From Strigamia acuminata (lineage: Eukaryota): 64,000 nt of DNA. Made by a program: the position numbers and the translations under genes. The notes beneath the pieces are model-generated. The model made no database searches. It was not told where the DNA came from and worked only from the letters and a program-made list of their open reading frames with translations. Location of the stretch: contig OX442314.1 in NCBI GenBank assembly GCA_949358305.1, forward strand, positions 15,252,001 to 15,316,000. The letters run 5' to 3'. Below, in pieces: positions 37,949 to 49,823 of the stretch; the stretch's first letter is position 1; the number at the start of each line of letters is the position of its first letter.

Positions 37949-40900
37949 TTACCACACAGAGCATTTATTTTCAGGATTCATCGGTGAATTTAAAGAACAA
38001 TTGAAATCTTTAGCAAAGTCAGGCGAATTAGATACAGTACCCCAAACTCTGTGCAAAAATATAAAATAATTCAGAAATTGAATTTTTCTAAAATGTAAAT
38101 AACTAACCTGAATACAGGGAAACTATGAACCATTTGTGACAACTGCTGGATTTGTCTAGAAAATGGATAACTGAAACACCACGACTATAAAATACGTGTA
38201 ACCAAAATTAAATGTTACGAAATAAAATCTGATTAATTTTTTTTTACATTAGCATAACTCATCCAAAACAACTGATTATTATTAAAGGCTAATCCAGGTA
38301 ATCTCTCTTCGGTGCCAGGATGATCTTTGAGCCATGATTGATACGCCTAACAATAAATAAAATTGATTATACTAACTTAAAACTCGAAATGTTTGTATAA
38401 ATATTTGTAATAATAATTGAAAACCCTATATGAAATTAAAATTCCAGTGTTATCTGCAATATTCTCGTCTAACGTTTTGGTTCCGTTTAGTTTTCCTTTT
38501 TTTGGAAAACCATAACGACTGTACTGATTTATAGTACACTCTGCTCGTTTGCGAAAAGCTACAGCATCGTCATCAGTCCACCATTTTTTAATAGGCACAT
38601 CTGGGCGTTTAGGTACACCTATTTTCGAATAATTATTTTTATTATTTTTATTGTATTTAATTTTATGTCATGTATTGATTAAAAATACCTATCTGATTAA
38701 CAGCATGCAAGATTTCATGTCCCATAATTGCACCTAAACTTCCAAAATTTAATGCGTGAGGTCTATTCATTGTGAAATAAGATTCTCTTGCTTGAGATGC
38801 GGGAATTTCTGTAAATAATGTTTAATCCATTTATTACCATAAAAATTTTTTTTTAAGATAATGTTAACTTACCAATTGTATTATAAAATGGTTTGTAATA
38901 TGCATTAGTTACTAGCAAACTAATCATGTTATCCCAATTCCAACTACAAAAAAAATATTTCCAGAATCAGATAGAACCAAAAGTATATTCTTGGTAAAAC
39001 TTACTCTTTTCGGTTAACAGTTTTGTCAATAAACGCAGCATTTTTCTTGTGTTGAAATTTTTGAAGTCGCAAAATGTTTTTCATAAATTCATAAGGTGAA
39101 ATGGATACCTGAAAAAAAATTTATATAAATAATTTAAGTAATCATCGAATGATGATAAACTTATGGTACTTCTCTGTAATATTCTTCCAAATTTTTATCG
39201 TCTAAAATTTCATCAGCATGAGCCAGAAAAGCAATTAAATCATCTATCTAAATACCCAATAAAAATAAAATTACAAATTAAAAAATTCACTACTGTTGAA
39301 CCTGTTGTTTGCTTCTTTCTAATGTTTCAGCAGTCAACCATTCTACCGATTCCAACATGTTTCTGAACTCTCTTTGCACCAATGAAAACATTTCTGTTAG
39401 CTGATAACAATACAATAATTATATTTAACACTTAACTAAAATTTTAAACAGTACATACATTTCCTTTTTCATGGAACTTATAATTATGTTTTACAAACAT
39501 AGAAGTTACGACCGGAAGAAAAAATTTATGTACAATGGGTAAACAAATTCTCCACCTGGAACATCACTAACATTTCAGACAAACAAATCGAAGAAAATAG
39601 CTTTGAATCACCTTGACAATGGAAGATGTGGGATGTACCCAGTACGAGAACTCATTATACTGTTATCCCATTGCTCAGATTTAATATACTGCATATAATT
39701 CCGAGCAAGTCCAGCAAATAAATAGTTTGCTAAAACTCTAACGAAATTATAAACAAATTATAGTCATTAATAATATAAATTTAAAATTTTTAGGAACCTT
39801 TTTGGTGTGCTGTTGTAAACATCGATTAATCGAGCTAAACTATCAGATGATCCAGCCACGCAAATGATCTCAGATTGCATGGTTAATGAGGGCGAAAACG
39901 CACGTCGAAGAACGTTCAGCCAGTCAATCTAATTTGTTTTTAAATCTCATAGAAAAAAACATTGTACCTTAAAAATGTGACATTACTTTATCTGTTATAA
40001 TGTATAACTCTTCTATCGTCGTAGTGTTCAATGGTTCTGCCTGTTAAATAACAGCAATTGCAATATGAATAATATTTTTTAAAATTTATTGGCAGTTAGT
40101 GCGCCATGCCATTTGTGTGTGAAACTTACTTGTTCATGACCAGTCAAACAAATCTCATTGTCGCTTTCATTGCTTTTAAAATCAAGTATCTGTAATTTAC
40201 GAAGTGTTGAAACTATAAGCAAATTTAATTTAGTTTGCGCTTACGTCATTGAGAGAACTTCTGAAAGAATAAACGTCTTCCATTTCTTGTTGGGCCTCTT
40301 CTCTCGAAGCACCTAATAAAACTGCAATTTCGATCATCGGATTGACGAAAGTATCATTCACTACAGATGTGTTTCGAAGCGACTGAGGTTGAGATTCGGG
40401 AACTTGTATCTAAATGTATTAGCAAAGTTTTAACCTAACGCCATTTTGGGGGTCTTCAACAAATAAAACTCGCCATCGGTATCAAATGCATATCTGAATT
40501 CAGGTGTCCTTGATTTAATTCATAACTTAATCGAATTAAATTAGCAGAAACTGCATCACCAACCATTTCGCTGACGGTTTTCTCCCAATTAAATTTATCC
40601 TCTTCCCATTTAGAACCTAACATCATCGGCCATCCACCGTATTTATTGAGCAGATCCTTCAGAGGCTTCAAACCCAATTCATTCATGTATGCTACACAAT
40701 AAAAATAATAAAAATTTAATAGATCATTTTAAAATAAAAACACACCCAATGTACCAATGTTTATGCACGAATCGTACAGGTCCTTAAGTTTATACAGTGA
40801 TCCAGTAAATGCTGTCTTTGGACGATGCATCAATTCTGAAAATTTAAAAGAAAAATATTAAAGAATGAAATTGATATCATAAAAAAAAAAAAAAATACTT

Positions 40901-41312
40901 TTTAATTGTGCAACCATAGTTCTGTCCTGTTCGGAATCCACATGCAATGTCTTGTAATCGTAAGCGAGAATCCGTTCCGAGAATCCACCGCAAGAAAATT
41001 TGTAAAAATCATCGCAAGGGTCAACTGTGAAATCTGAATTTTCTAAAATTCTAGCAGCTAAAGTAGATATAATCAACAATAAAATTTAATTAAGTTTTAG
41101 GACAGTTGCATTTACCCGATATGACGCATTCTTTAGTCAAACAAACATCTTTTAAATCTTCGTATTCGGATGCCAACCACGGAGATTCTTTTTCTTCATG
41201 CAATTCAATAGTTTGTATTAGTTTACATCATGATATTTGCCAGAAACGTCTTACCAAAAGCTGATGCTAGGCTGTACCATGCTAAAATGAAATAAATAAG
41301 TTCTTTCACCAT
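37949..41312 (-). CDS. Neprilysin-like M13 zinc metallopeptidase, predicted secreted, about 20 exons
   Basis: Signal-like [60 protein letters not shown] (HEILH 38705-38719); [29 protein letters not shown]. Frame stayed open across the exons I checked. Confidence 0.9.
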
Positions 41313-42229
41313 TATTTTCAAGTTGGGGTTGCGTATGACCACGCGCTTAGAATGAAAAACAACTTATATAATATCCCAATGGCTCTGTCTGTATCTGTAA
41401 CCGCTGTCTAAGGACGCCACCGTTTGACACTGTTTCATTTTAGTGCACAGAGCAAAGTTGCAGTTTGTAAATGGTAGTGATTTTTTTTTTGTTATCAAGA
41501 AATATCAAATAACTAAGTAATTCAAAACTTAAATTGCATTAACAGTAAAAAATTTGAAAATATTATGTATTTATTATTAGCAATTTGTACACACTAAAAT
41601 TCTAAAAAAGAAAAAAAAAGAAAAAAGAAAAAGAAATACCGGTATTCACAAAGTCTTTAGGAAATTTTAAATTTTTTTAAACGCTAACATTAGATGGCAA
41701 CAAAATAATCTTTTTGCATATTAATAAGCCATTATTAACATTATATTACGTTTCTTATTTTGGAGATTAATTAACTCAAAGTTGACCTTAAATTTTATAC
41801 ACATTTTTTGTGTCGATTACGGATATGATAAACTTGCACACAAACATCACATGTCAAATATATATGTACGCAGATCTATGCATCTGTCCATTGTTTCTTT
41901 TCGTAATTAGCTAGAATTCTTGACGAAGCAACTAAAGACTAAAATATTTATTATATTATAATCACACGAAAAAACCTTTTTTCCATAGAAATAAACCTTA
42001 CCAATGCTACTATCACGGACACAAGGCTACTTGAATATAAATACTATAAGGTTGCGCCACTTGGGAAGAAACGCACCGATCTGCGCACAACGTCACTATC
42101 GGGTCAGTGCTATCATAATGGTGCTACAATATTTGCTATTTCATCCCGAACGCGCCATCTATTGGAAAAATTATTCATTTATTTGGGCTAAACAGCAGAA
42201 CTGTCACAAAACAATTAAACACTTCTCGA

Positions 42230-43110
42230 TGCCTATTGCGGCCATCTTTGTTGCTGCTCGCCGCCCCTTCGCAGCCATCTTCGTTGCTGCTCGTCGTCAT
42301 CCGTTGGCGCCCTTTCTCAGCCATCTTTGCAGCTGCTTGTGGTGGACCATCGTCGGAATGGCTGCTGCTCGTTACTGCCCCTTCGCCGCCACCCGGTTTG
42401 CTTCTGCATTCGAGCTGACTTTCCGTTGCTCATCGCCACATCTGCGTTGGCTGCTCGCAGTGTTTACCAAGTTGTGGTGGTCTGCCACTGTTGCATCACT
42501 GGCTGCTCACCATCTGGTACTGATCAATCAGGAACAGATTCCTTGCTGCCTCTACCGGGGATTTTTTTCGCTTTTATACGTCGAACTTTGCTTTCCAGAA
42601 GGCGGCGGGCCGCTGAAGACGGCATCAATCGGTTACACCACTTTGAATTTGAACACAAATCAAATTAATATAAATTCATCATCATTGGCATCTTCACTTT
42701 TTACCTCTTCCCCAAATTCGGCAAACATTTCCCCAGGCAAAAAGCCTATCTTATTTTCCTCACCACGTTCACCGATTCCATGTAATTCACCTGCTTAATT
42801 ATCTTCATCACCATCATCACCTCTAACTAAATCTCCACCTGCAGGACCATCGGCAACTTTGGCTCTCTGGAGGCGCCAACACCTGCAAGGCCAGTGTGAA
42901 CCAGCAATGGCCCCAGCGACAGTGGACCCAGTTGTCCTCTCACACAAGCTGGCTAAAGCATTTTGCACCTCCTTACCTCAAGGATCTTCGCTCCTGATTT
43001 TCAAATGTGCAATAATATAACCTATGCAAACAATAATCTTGCCTTTCACTGTTGTAAACAATGTCCTGGGTGTCAGGGAACAAACCTGACAACCAGGACC
43101 TGAATAGATT
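42230..43110 (-). pseudogene. Degenerate coding-like or TE-derived GC-rich segment
   Basis: Minus-strand acidic frame GGDLVRGDDGDEDN*AGELHGIGERGEENK...EDANDDEFILI* with an internal stop; imperfect tandem GCCATCTT(T/C)GTTGCTGCTCG copies at about 42241 and 42274. No recognisable domain. Confidence 0.3.
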
Positions 43111-43968
43111 AGTCTTAAATTAGTCTTGATTCAAAATCTAAGAGTTGACAATTTTATTTTATTTTGCTCCCTCATTATGCCTTTCAAATCTGCAAGACAA
43201 ACCCATGTCAATACCATTATTGTCCAGACAAGCCATACTATTCAGTACAGCTTTTCCTTCACAAGATTATCAAGTTATGTGAATATGTTGGAACATTCTA
43301 AGAATTCCACAAAAAAGAAACAAAATCTTAAATATAATTTCTTTAACTTAGGACAAGAGTGACCAACAAGTGAAATTTAATAAGACAAATTAAAAGACAA
43401 AGTAAATAAACAGGAACTGTTTAACTTTATGCATAAAACGGAATAGAAATTAGCTTGTCAAGTCAGGGAAGGAGGTCGGGGAACATTTTGAGAGTTTGCA
43501 AGATGAGAACTGAAGTGCAGGTGAGAAAACAGATTTTGCAACATTGGCTGCCCTGCAGTACACATTTGAAGGGGGTTGCGTCCCACAGGCATTTGGCCTG
43601 ATGGGGTAGACATATTGAAATCATTCGTTGATCAGCTTTGTCTGACAGTCACGTGTCGGTGGAAAAAGCGCTGAACAAGTTCTAGCTTGCAGTGAAGAGC
43701 ATGGAATGTCATGATGACTGTTGTGACCAACCAACAAACAACCAACAAACCACGGGGGAAAAAAGCCCGAAAATACTTCAAAGATTTAGTAGTAAAACAC
43801 TGGAAATCAAATTTTAAAAAAATTAAAAAAGAAATTCAATGGAAACAAAAAATCATGCAATCCTAGTTGAGTATAGGTCACAATGTGCAATAAGAAGCAC
43901 ACATGCAAGTCAATTCGTGAGAGAGCAATACGAGACCTCTGCTGTGATGTCACCACGGGACATCACAG

Positions 43969-44165
43969 GAGGTCGGGTCATTTCGTCGCCGTTCGTTTCG
44001 TAGCCTGATGGGCCAAAAATAGCGACGAAACGTGTGGGCGACAAAATAACCTGACAACAAACTGATTCCACAACACAAAAGAAACAGAAAACATGATCAT
44101 TTCGGCGCCAATTTAAGCGACGAAATGATCGGCGACGAAACATGGGCGACGTAATGATTGAACTC
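43969..44165. mobile_element. Mutator-like MITE, about 197 bp
   Basis: GAG...CTC termini; imperfect TIRs GAGGTCGGGTCATTTCGTCGCC / GGCGACGTAATGATTGAACTC; internal GCGACGAAA repeats; 9-bp flanking duplication ACATCACAG (43960-43968) / CCATCACAG (44166-44174). Confidence 0.7.
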
Positions 44166-44453
44166 CCATCACAGTTCTATAAATATGTCTTACATTGTGT
44201 ATGAGTACAATGCAGGGTTTAGTTTGTATTATTAAGTTGATTATAGATGGCCAATTATTATTGTTGTAAAAAGGAATGACTAAAAATGCATTCTGAAAAT
44301 GTAAAAATTTACTGAGAAATATACAGGATTGTTATTTTTTTGCAAGACTGGATTTATCATTCAAAACACAGCCAAGATCCCACTCAAAATCCTCACAATT
44401 AGCATAAAAAGCAGAAGCCTAGCTAAAGATACTAAAACAGTCAAAGAAAAAAG

Positions 44454-45373
44454 AATCAAATCAGGCAAACCCAATTTACGAGGGACTAGATCGAGACAAT
44501 ACGGGACCTATAGATATAAAATAAGTCTTCATAGATGTCAGAGAATTAAATACAAAAGCATAAACCATACCCAAAGATATTTTTATTTTTTAATTTGAAT
44601 TTTTTTAATGATAATTTGACATCACAACTTTCCCCTTTGTACACAGCACTTCTAGTTCATGTTTTTAATATTAATACGCCCAATAAAAGCTTCAGCCAAG
44701 GTGAAATCGGATCGATGAGGTGGTGGATTTGTTTGCTGACTAGGTACATTTGATTGGTCTTTTCGCTTCTCAGCATACTCTCTCTTTTCACTTGATGCAA
44801 TTGTATTGACAAATACTCCTCCTTTCCTTTCAAATGAATTGACATGTGTAAACCCTTAGAAAAAAATGATAGTATAATTTATACAACACACATTCTATTC
44901 AAAATCAAATTATTACGTATCGATACAGCACCGATTTAGCGCCACAGCGGCAAATAAATTATTTGTATGCTCTAGAGTGGGCTGAATTAACAAAGGGGCG
45001 CACAAATAAAATCGCACAGATAGCCTGTTTCTGCTTTCTCTGAAGAACTTAATCTGTTCAAAATTATATTTCAATTTTTTTTTCAAGACTTAAATCCTCT
45101 TGGGCGCTGTTGGGTCAGTTTAGAAGGCAAAGAGAGGAAGGTTATTTGACCCTGCGTTTGCAGAGGTCGGACCCTAATTGGAGGATTTTACCACTTTGAC
45201 CCCGAGTTGCTTTCACTGCAACACATAGTACTTTTTTCTCTTTCTCTTAATTTGATGCTGAAACAAGAGTTGTGTCGTGTAACTGGAATTCTAACTTTTT
45301 AAGTTTCACCATTCTAAAATGTAACAATCAAATCAGGCAAACCCAATTTACCGAGACGATACGGGACCTATAG
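44454..45373 (+). repeat. Pair of 48-60 bp direct repeats
   Basis: AATCAAATCAGGCAAACCCAATTTAC...CGAGAC(A/G)ATACGGGACCTATAG at 44454-44513 and 45326-45373; the second copy lacks 12 bp. Confidence 0.85.
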
Positions 45374-45747
45374 TCTGCGCCCGGTATTTTGATGCTAAAA
45401 TCAAACCAAATAATCCCCATCACATATAAATACAACAATTACATGATTTTTAGAAATAATAACTGGCACTATTCACTCAAGCACAATACACAACTTTTGG
45501 TGTTCAAAAAAAAAGAAATTTTGTTTTTGGATTTAGCATAAAGATACCGGGCACAGAGTGTAGAAATGTATATAAGCTTATGTATAACAAAAACCTTTAA
45601 TAAGATTTGTAGATATTTGTCTAGGAAAAGCATCTCGTTTTTCGTTCTCCACTTTAACGTCCTGATTAGGTGGTAGAGAATTACCCGTGTTCCCTTTTTC
45701 ATCTAGAAATCAAATAAATACATAAAAATTATTCCTGCTATTTTTAT

Positions 45748-47334
45748 TTAGCAATAAACAAACTTACTGGTACTTCCAAATAGATTCGTAGCATCATTGA
45801 AATTAAAACTTGGTATTTTAATTGGTGGTAATGGTGCGATACCATTGTTGGCGTCCTCGTTGTAAGTCCATTGCTTGCCCTTTGAATCGACCATGAGTAA
45901 TTTAAATGCCATTGGAAAGCCTAATTCCTCAACACGCATTAACCTAACGTCGAGTAAAGGACATTTAGATGAGAGTCTTTTCTGGCCTAATTTGCGATCT
46001 GATGACATGATCGATTGAAGATCCAGAATTTGCAGAACATCGGGCTCCCGCAATTGATACACATACAAACGGCCTTTCACTTCATTCAGATAAAACACCA
46101 CATTGCTGTAGATCTTATCAGTAAGCAAAAAATTTTCAATCAAATCCCACTCGTTGGTTTCGAATTTAAACCTTTGTATTAATAAGTTGTTGCTTATAAC
46201 ATAAAGGTGTCCATGAGCACAAAAAATGTTCGGGCATACAATGTCTTTAAGCGGAGCCGGTAAAGTGATCCAGGATTCCTCGTTGGACTTAAGGTCATAT
46301 TTTTCCAATCCATTCTTCGAAATAAAGTATAAATTTTCTTCAGTTGCTACCGATTTTCCATTTCTATCAAAACTTGATAATTTACATTTGATGTCGAAAA
46401 CAGACTCACTTTCGATGTTGAAAATTGTGATTGATGTTTCCGTGATGGAATAAATGTATTGTTGCCAATTGCAAATACTCCTACTTTCTTCGCTGAACGT
46501 TTTGGGTAATTGACGGAGACAAGTGAGCCACGAGTTGGTGGTAGGATTCAATAATCGCAATGACAAATTTGTACGATGATGTGTTGTTTTCAGATCGTCC
46601 AAGAACACCAACACTTCATCCCGCTTCCACAATTTTTTAAAGAGTGGTTTAATCACAATGTTGGTAAGACTCGGTTCTTCTTCGGCCAAGTTGATAAGCC
46701 AAGGCAAAGACAACTTGTTGATATCGATCAATGAAATTAACTCCGGCAGAAATGGCGCGCGAGTATTTGTAAATTTAATCCACTTCATAACACCTCTCGT
46801 GAGTTGATCTGTGGAAATAGTTTGCCATAAGGACCCTTGATGCATGCATTCTAGAATTGAGATGAGTCTATCTCGAGATAAATTAAGAAACTCGTGGTGT
46901 TCAATCACATTGCCAAAACTATGCACCACGCGCTTCACGAATTGATTTATGCAGTCGTTTTTGCAGTGCAGCTGAACCAGGTCCCAATCATTCAAAAATT
47001 TAGAACACTCGAAATTATTTATGATAATATCGAACACTATTTGAGTAATTTGAGCCATTTCCAACAGATCAGCAGCAGCCAGCAACTCTGCTTTATCTTC
47101 AACCTCTATGTCAATTTTTGTTGAATACACAAAATTCAACAAAAACATGACAGCTTTTGGTGAACATTTCTGGTTCGTTGGGACAATTGTAAACTCATTT
47201 CCCGTCTCTTTCTCGAATAATTTTTTGAAATATGAACTACTTGCAGCAAGCATAACTTTGTGTCCAGAAAAAGTCATATCACCGCAGCGGACTGTTACAT
47301 CACTCAGGAAATTCTCTTTCCATAGATTTTCCAT
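45748..47334 (-). CDS. Divergent BTB-BACK-Kelch-like protein, single coding exon
   Basis: 528-aa ORF. BTB (SDVTVRCGDMTFSGHKVMLAASSSYFKKLF...LLNFVYS...ELLAAADLLEM), BACK (EFLNLSRDRLISIL...VMKWI) and degenerate propeller repeats (YDLKSNEESW, FKFETNEW). Confidence 0.85.
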   Translation of the reverse strand: MENLWKENFLSDVTVRCGDMTFSGHKVMLAASSSYFKKLFEKETGNEFTIVPTNQKCSPKAVMFLLNFVYSTKIDIEVEDKAELLAAADLLEMAQITQIVFDIIINNFECSKFLNDWDLVQLHCKNDCINQFVKRVVHSFGNVIEHHEFLNLSRDRLISILECMHQGSLWQTISTDQLTRGVMKWIKFTNTRAPFLPELISLIDINKLSLPWLINLAEEEPSLTNIVIKPLFKKLWKRDEVLVFLDDLKTTHHRTNLSLRLLNPTTNSWLTCLRQLPKTFSEESRSICNWQQYIYSITETSITIFNIESESVFDIKCKLSSFDRNGKSVATEENLYFISKNGLEKYDLKSNEESWITLPAPLKDIVCPNIFCAHGHLYVISNNLLIQRFKFETNEWDLIENFLLTDKIYSNVVFYLNEVKGRLYVYQLREPDVLQILDLQSIMSSDRKLGQKRLSSKCPLLDVRLMRVEELGFPMAFKLLMVDSKGKQWTYNEDANNGIAPLPPIKIPSFNFNDATNLFGSTSKFVYC

Positions 47335-49649
47335 AGCCGTGTAGAAATTACGTTTTTGGATATTGTCCTGGAACTATCCCAAAATAAAAATAAAAATAAA
47401 AATTTGTGGTAAAAGTTACAAAGTTTGAAAAATAAGTAGAGACACTCACCGACCACATGCTTAACAACGCCCGAGACATTTTCTTTACTTTCGGTTTGTC
47501 GATCCACGTGACTAATGAGTAATGTGACCTTGCAGTTACTTAAATGTTTGGGTTCAAAACATCTAAATTCACTATCTTTTTTCAAATATTCGGAAAAATA
47601 AAATTTAGCTGAGAAATTACAGCGATTTATTTGTATGGTTTCTTTACGCTAAGTGAATTTGAGAAGTTGATTTAGCTGACGTCATAAAGTGTTAATCTTT
47701 TCCGTAAATACCAATCAGCAGAAAGGTAAACGAAGCTCGCTAATCACAATTAATGAATATAATTTTATTTTTATTTTTTCTCTCTTAATTGACTGTGATG
47801 TATCACCACACTTACAGCAGTCATGAGGAGATTTCAAAAATAATTGATTATTGGATCACTGTGCCATCTGTTGCTCCTGTCTGGCTTTAAAAACTATTGT
47901 ATGGCTGATTCATGGTTTTCTCTCAATTCAAACCTCTTTAATCTGAAGTGTCTTTTTTTTCGAAATCAATTTCTATTTTTTAACGTTTCTGGAACATGTG
48001 TTTCATAAATGTTCTTTAAATTGTTGATGCAGTCAGGCAGTGCCACAGTTCCATTTACCCAACTAGCTGTCACCTTTTAATCTCATCTCTAAACGAATTT
48101 CTAATCCAGACTGTTGAATTGGGAATTAATCGTATTTCTTTTTGTAGTGAAGTTTACATTCTTACCGCTCCAATTCTAAAGATTTCATTGAAAAATAAAA
48201 TTTTAGATACACATTATCATACGAAATACAACTGTGATTTCAGACAATCCACAAATGACGTCTTTTTCTATTCTCAGAAAAAACTGTGTGGAATTGCGCA
48301 AGAAAATAACACCCCTTTGCTTCCCAGCCAATGATAACCACTTTTGTTGCTTAGCTACGCAAATGAAAGTTCAAAATGAACTGATAATAATTACAACACT
48401 TATTTATTTGAAGATTATAATGTTCAACATTAATGATTTGAACTTTAAAATTTGATTTTACAAACTATACTTGCTACAACTTGTTGTATAATCTAATTGG
48501 CAAAAAAAGAATAAAATTCCTCCCTCACTTTCTCTGGGGATTTGTTTTTATTCCTTGCAGCAACCAGCAAAAGAATAATTAAATAACAAAACTCCTTAAT
48601 TAAAGAGGTTAATAGATGAGCGCAACAAGTCTTTGTGAAAGGAAACTGAACAAGTTGGTTCTTTAACAAATGTAATTCTCTTTTTATTAAATAAATAAAT
48701 GAATAAATAAAATAAACCAATCAATTTCAAATGCTTACGATATAAATTCAATGTAAGCGGCGAAATATTTCAAGAATGTTTGCCCTTTTGCTGCAACTAT
48801 TTGATAGTAAAAAATAAATAAACAAGTCAAGTAAATATAAAGTTGTTTATTGCAACTATATTATTCGAAAATTTCATACTCTTTTATTAAAAGATTAATA
48901 AATGTTTTTGAATGATTAGGGTTGGTAAGACCAATTGAATTACAAACTGAGTGACAATTAATACACGTGTTTGAATTGTGACACAGCTGCAGCCAGTTTC
49001 ATGTGTATAAATGATTGATCAAAACCACACATGCACGTTTCCGATTATACTATTTGTTAAATTCGTTATGTTATAAAATTTATACGTGATGAACGTGAAA
49101 TGTCAAATGGAATTGTCTCTTGACGTAGTTCGGGAAATAGTTGTTTAGACACAGGTGCTCATCAGTTTTAAGATGATAATAAACCTGAGGTTAGTTTATT
49201 ATGAGTGGAATTATAGCAATTTTCAACAGTAGTAAAGATCATCCAAGATAATCTCTTCGAGACACGTTTATGCAGAAAAAAGTAAGTCTCGTTCTTAGAT
49301 TCAAATGTTAAATGTAATCCCTAACTGTAATGAAATTCAGCTTTGACGATAAACAAAATTTTTAATTTTTAAAACGCCTATTTCATATGCAAAAAAAAAA
49401 AAAAAGGATAAAAGAAATTAATGAATTAAAAAATATTCTTATGAATTTTAAATCCCACAATAAGTTCGTTTTTTTCTTACTCTCTTTTACCTATCGGAAA
49501 ACGCCAACCAAATAAATCCTTTTGTAGATAAATAAAACAATCGTATCGTATTAGGATGCAAAAAAAAACATGGTTTCTTTTTATGAAAAAATGTAATGAT
49601 GTGCTTACATGATTTTCCCATTTCAATTTCAGAACTGAAATTTCTTCTG

Positions 49650-49823
49650 ATGCACATGCGCAATGCTGTCCCGCCTATAGTACGAAGCATCAGGCCAATG
49701 GGCCGCTAAAGCCAAGGCGGCTTTATATGTGGCACGAGGTGCGCGTTCATCTCATGTTGGCTGCTGACTCTCAACATCACCTGTCGCTTCGTCTCCTGAT
49801 CTAAATCATTTATCCAAATTCAG
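49650..49823 (+). promoter_or_regulatory. Probable promoter and non-coding first exon of the neuropeptide gene
   Basis: TGCACATGCGCA 49651, CCAAT about 49695, TATA-like TTTATAT about 49722, donor CAG|GTAAGA at 49824; matching acceptor TTACAG at 54080 just before the ATG. Confidence 0.55.

Noticed and set aside
38930..39005. Possible in-frame stop at a neprilysin exon junction
   Set aside because: Rechecking gives GA|T TGG AAT TGG (D-W-N-W); the frame is intact, so not a pseudogene on this evidence.
41308..41356. Resemblance to the 5' end of U4atac snRNA (ACCAT..TTTTC..TTGGGGTTGCG)
   Set aside because: The 5' stem-loop cannot pair, there is no properly placed Sm site, and it is antisense to the neprilysin start and 5' UTR; likely chance.
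42004..42798. 264-aa plus-strand ORF
   Set aside because: No domain; spans repetitive GC-rich sequence whose opposite strand looks more coding-like.
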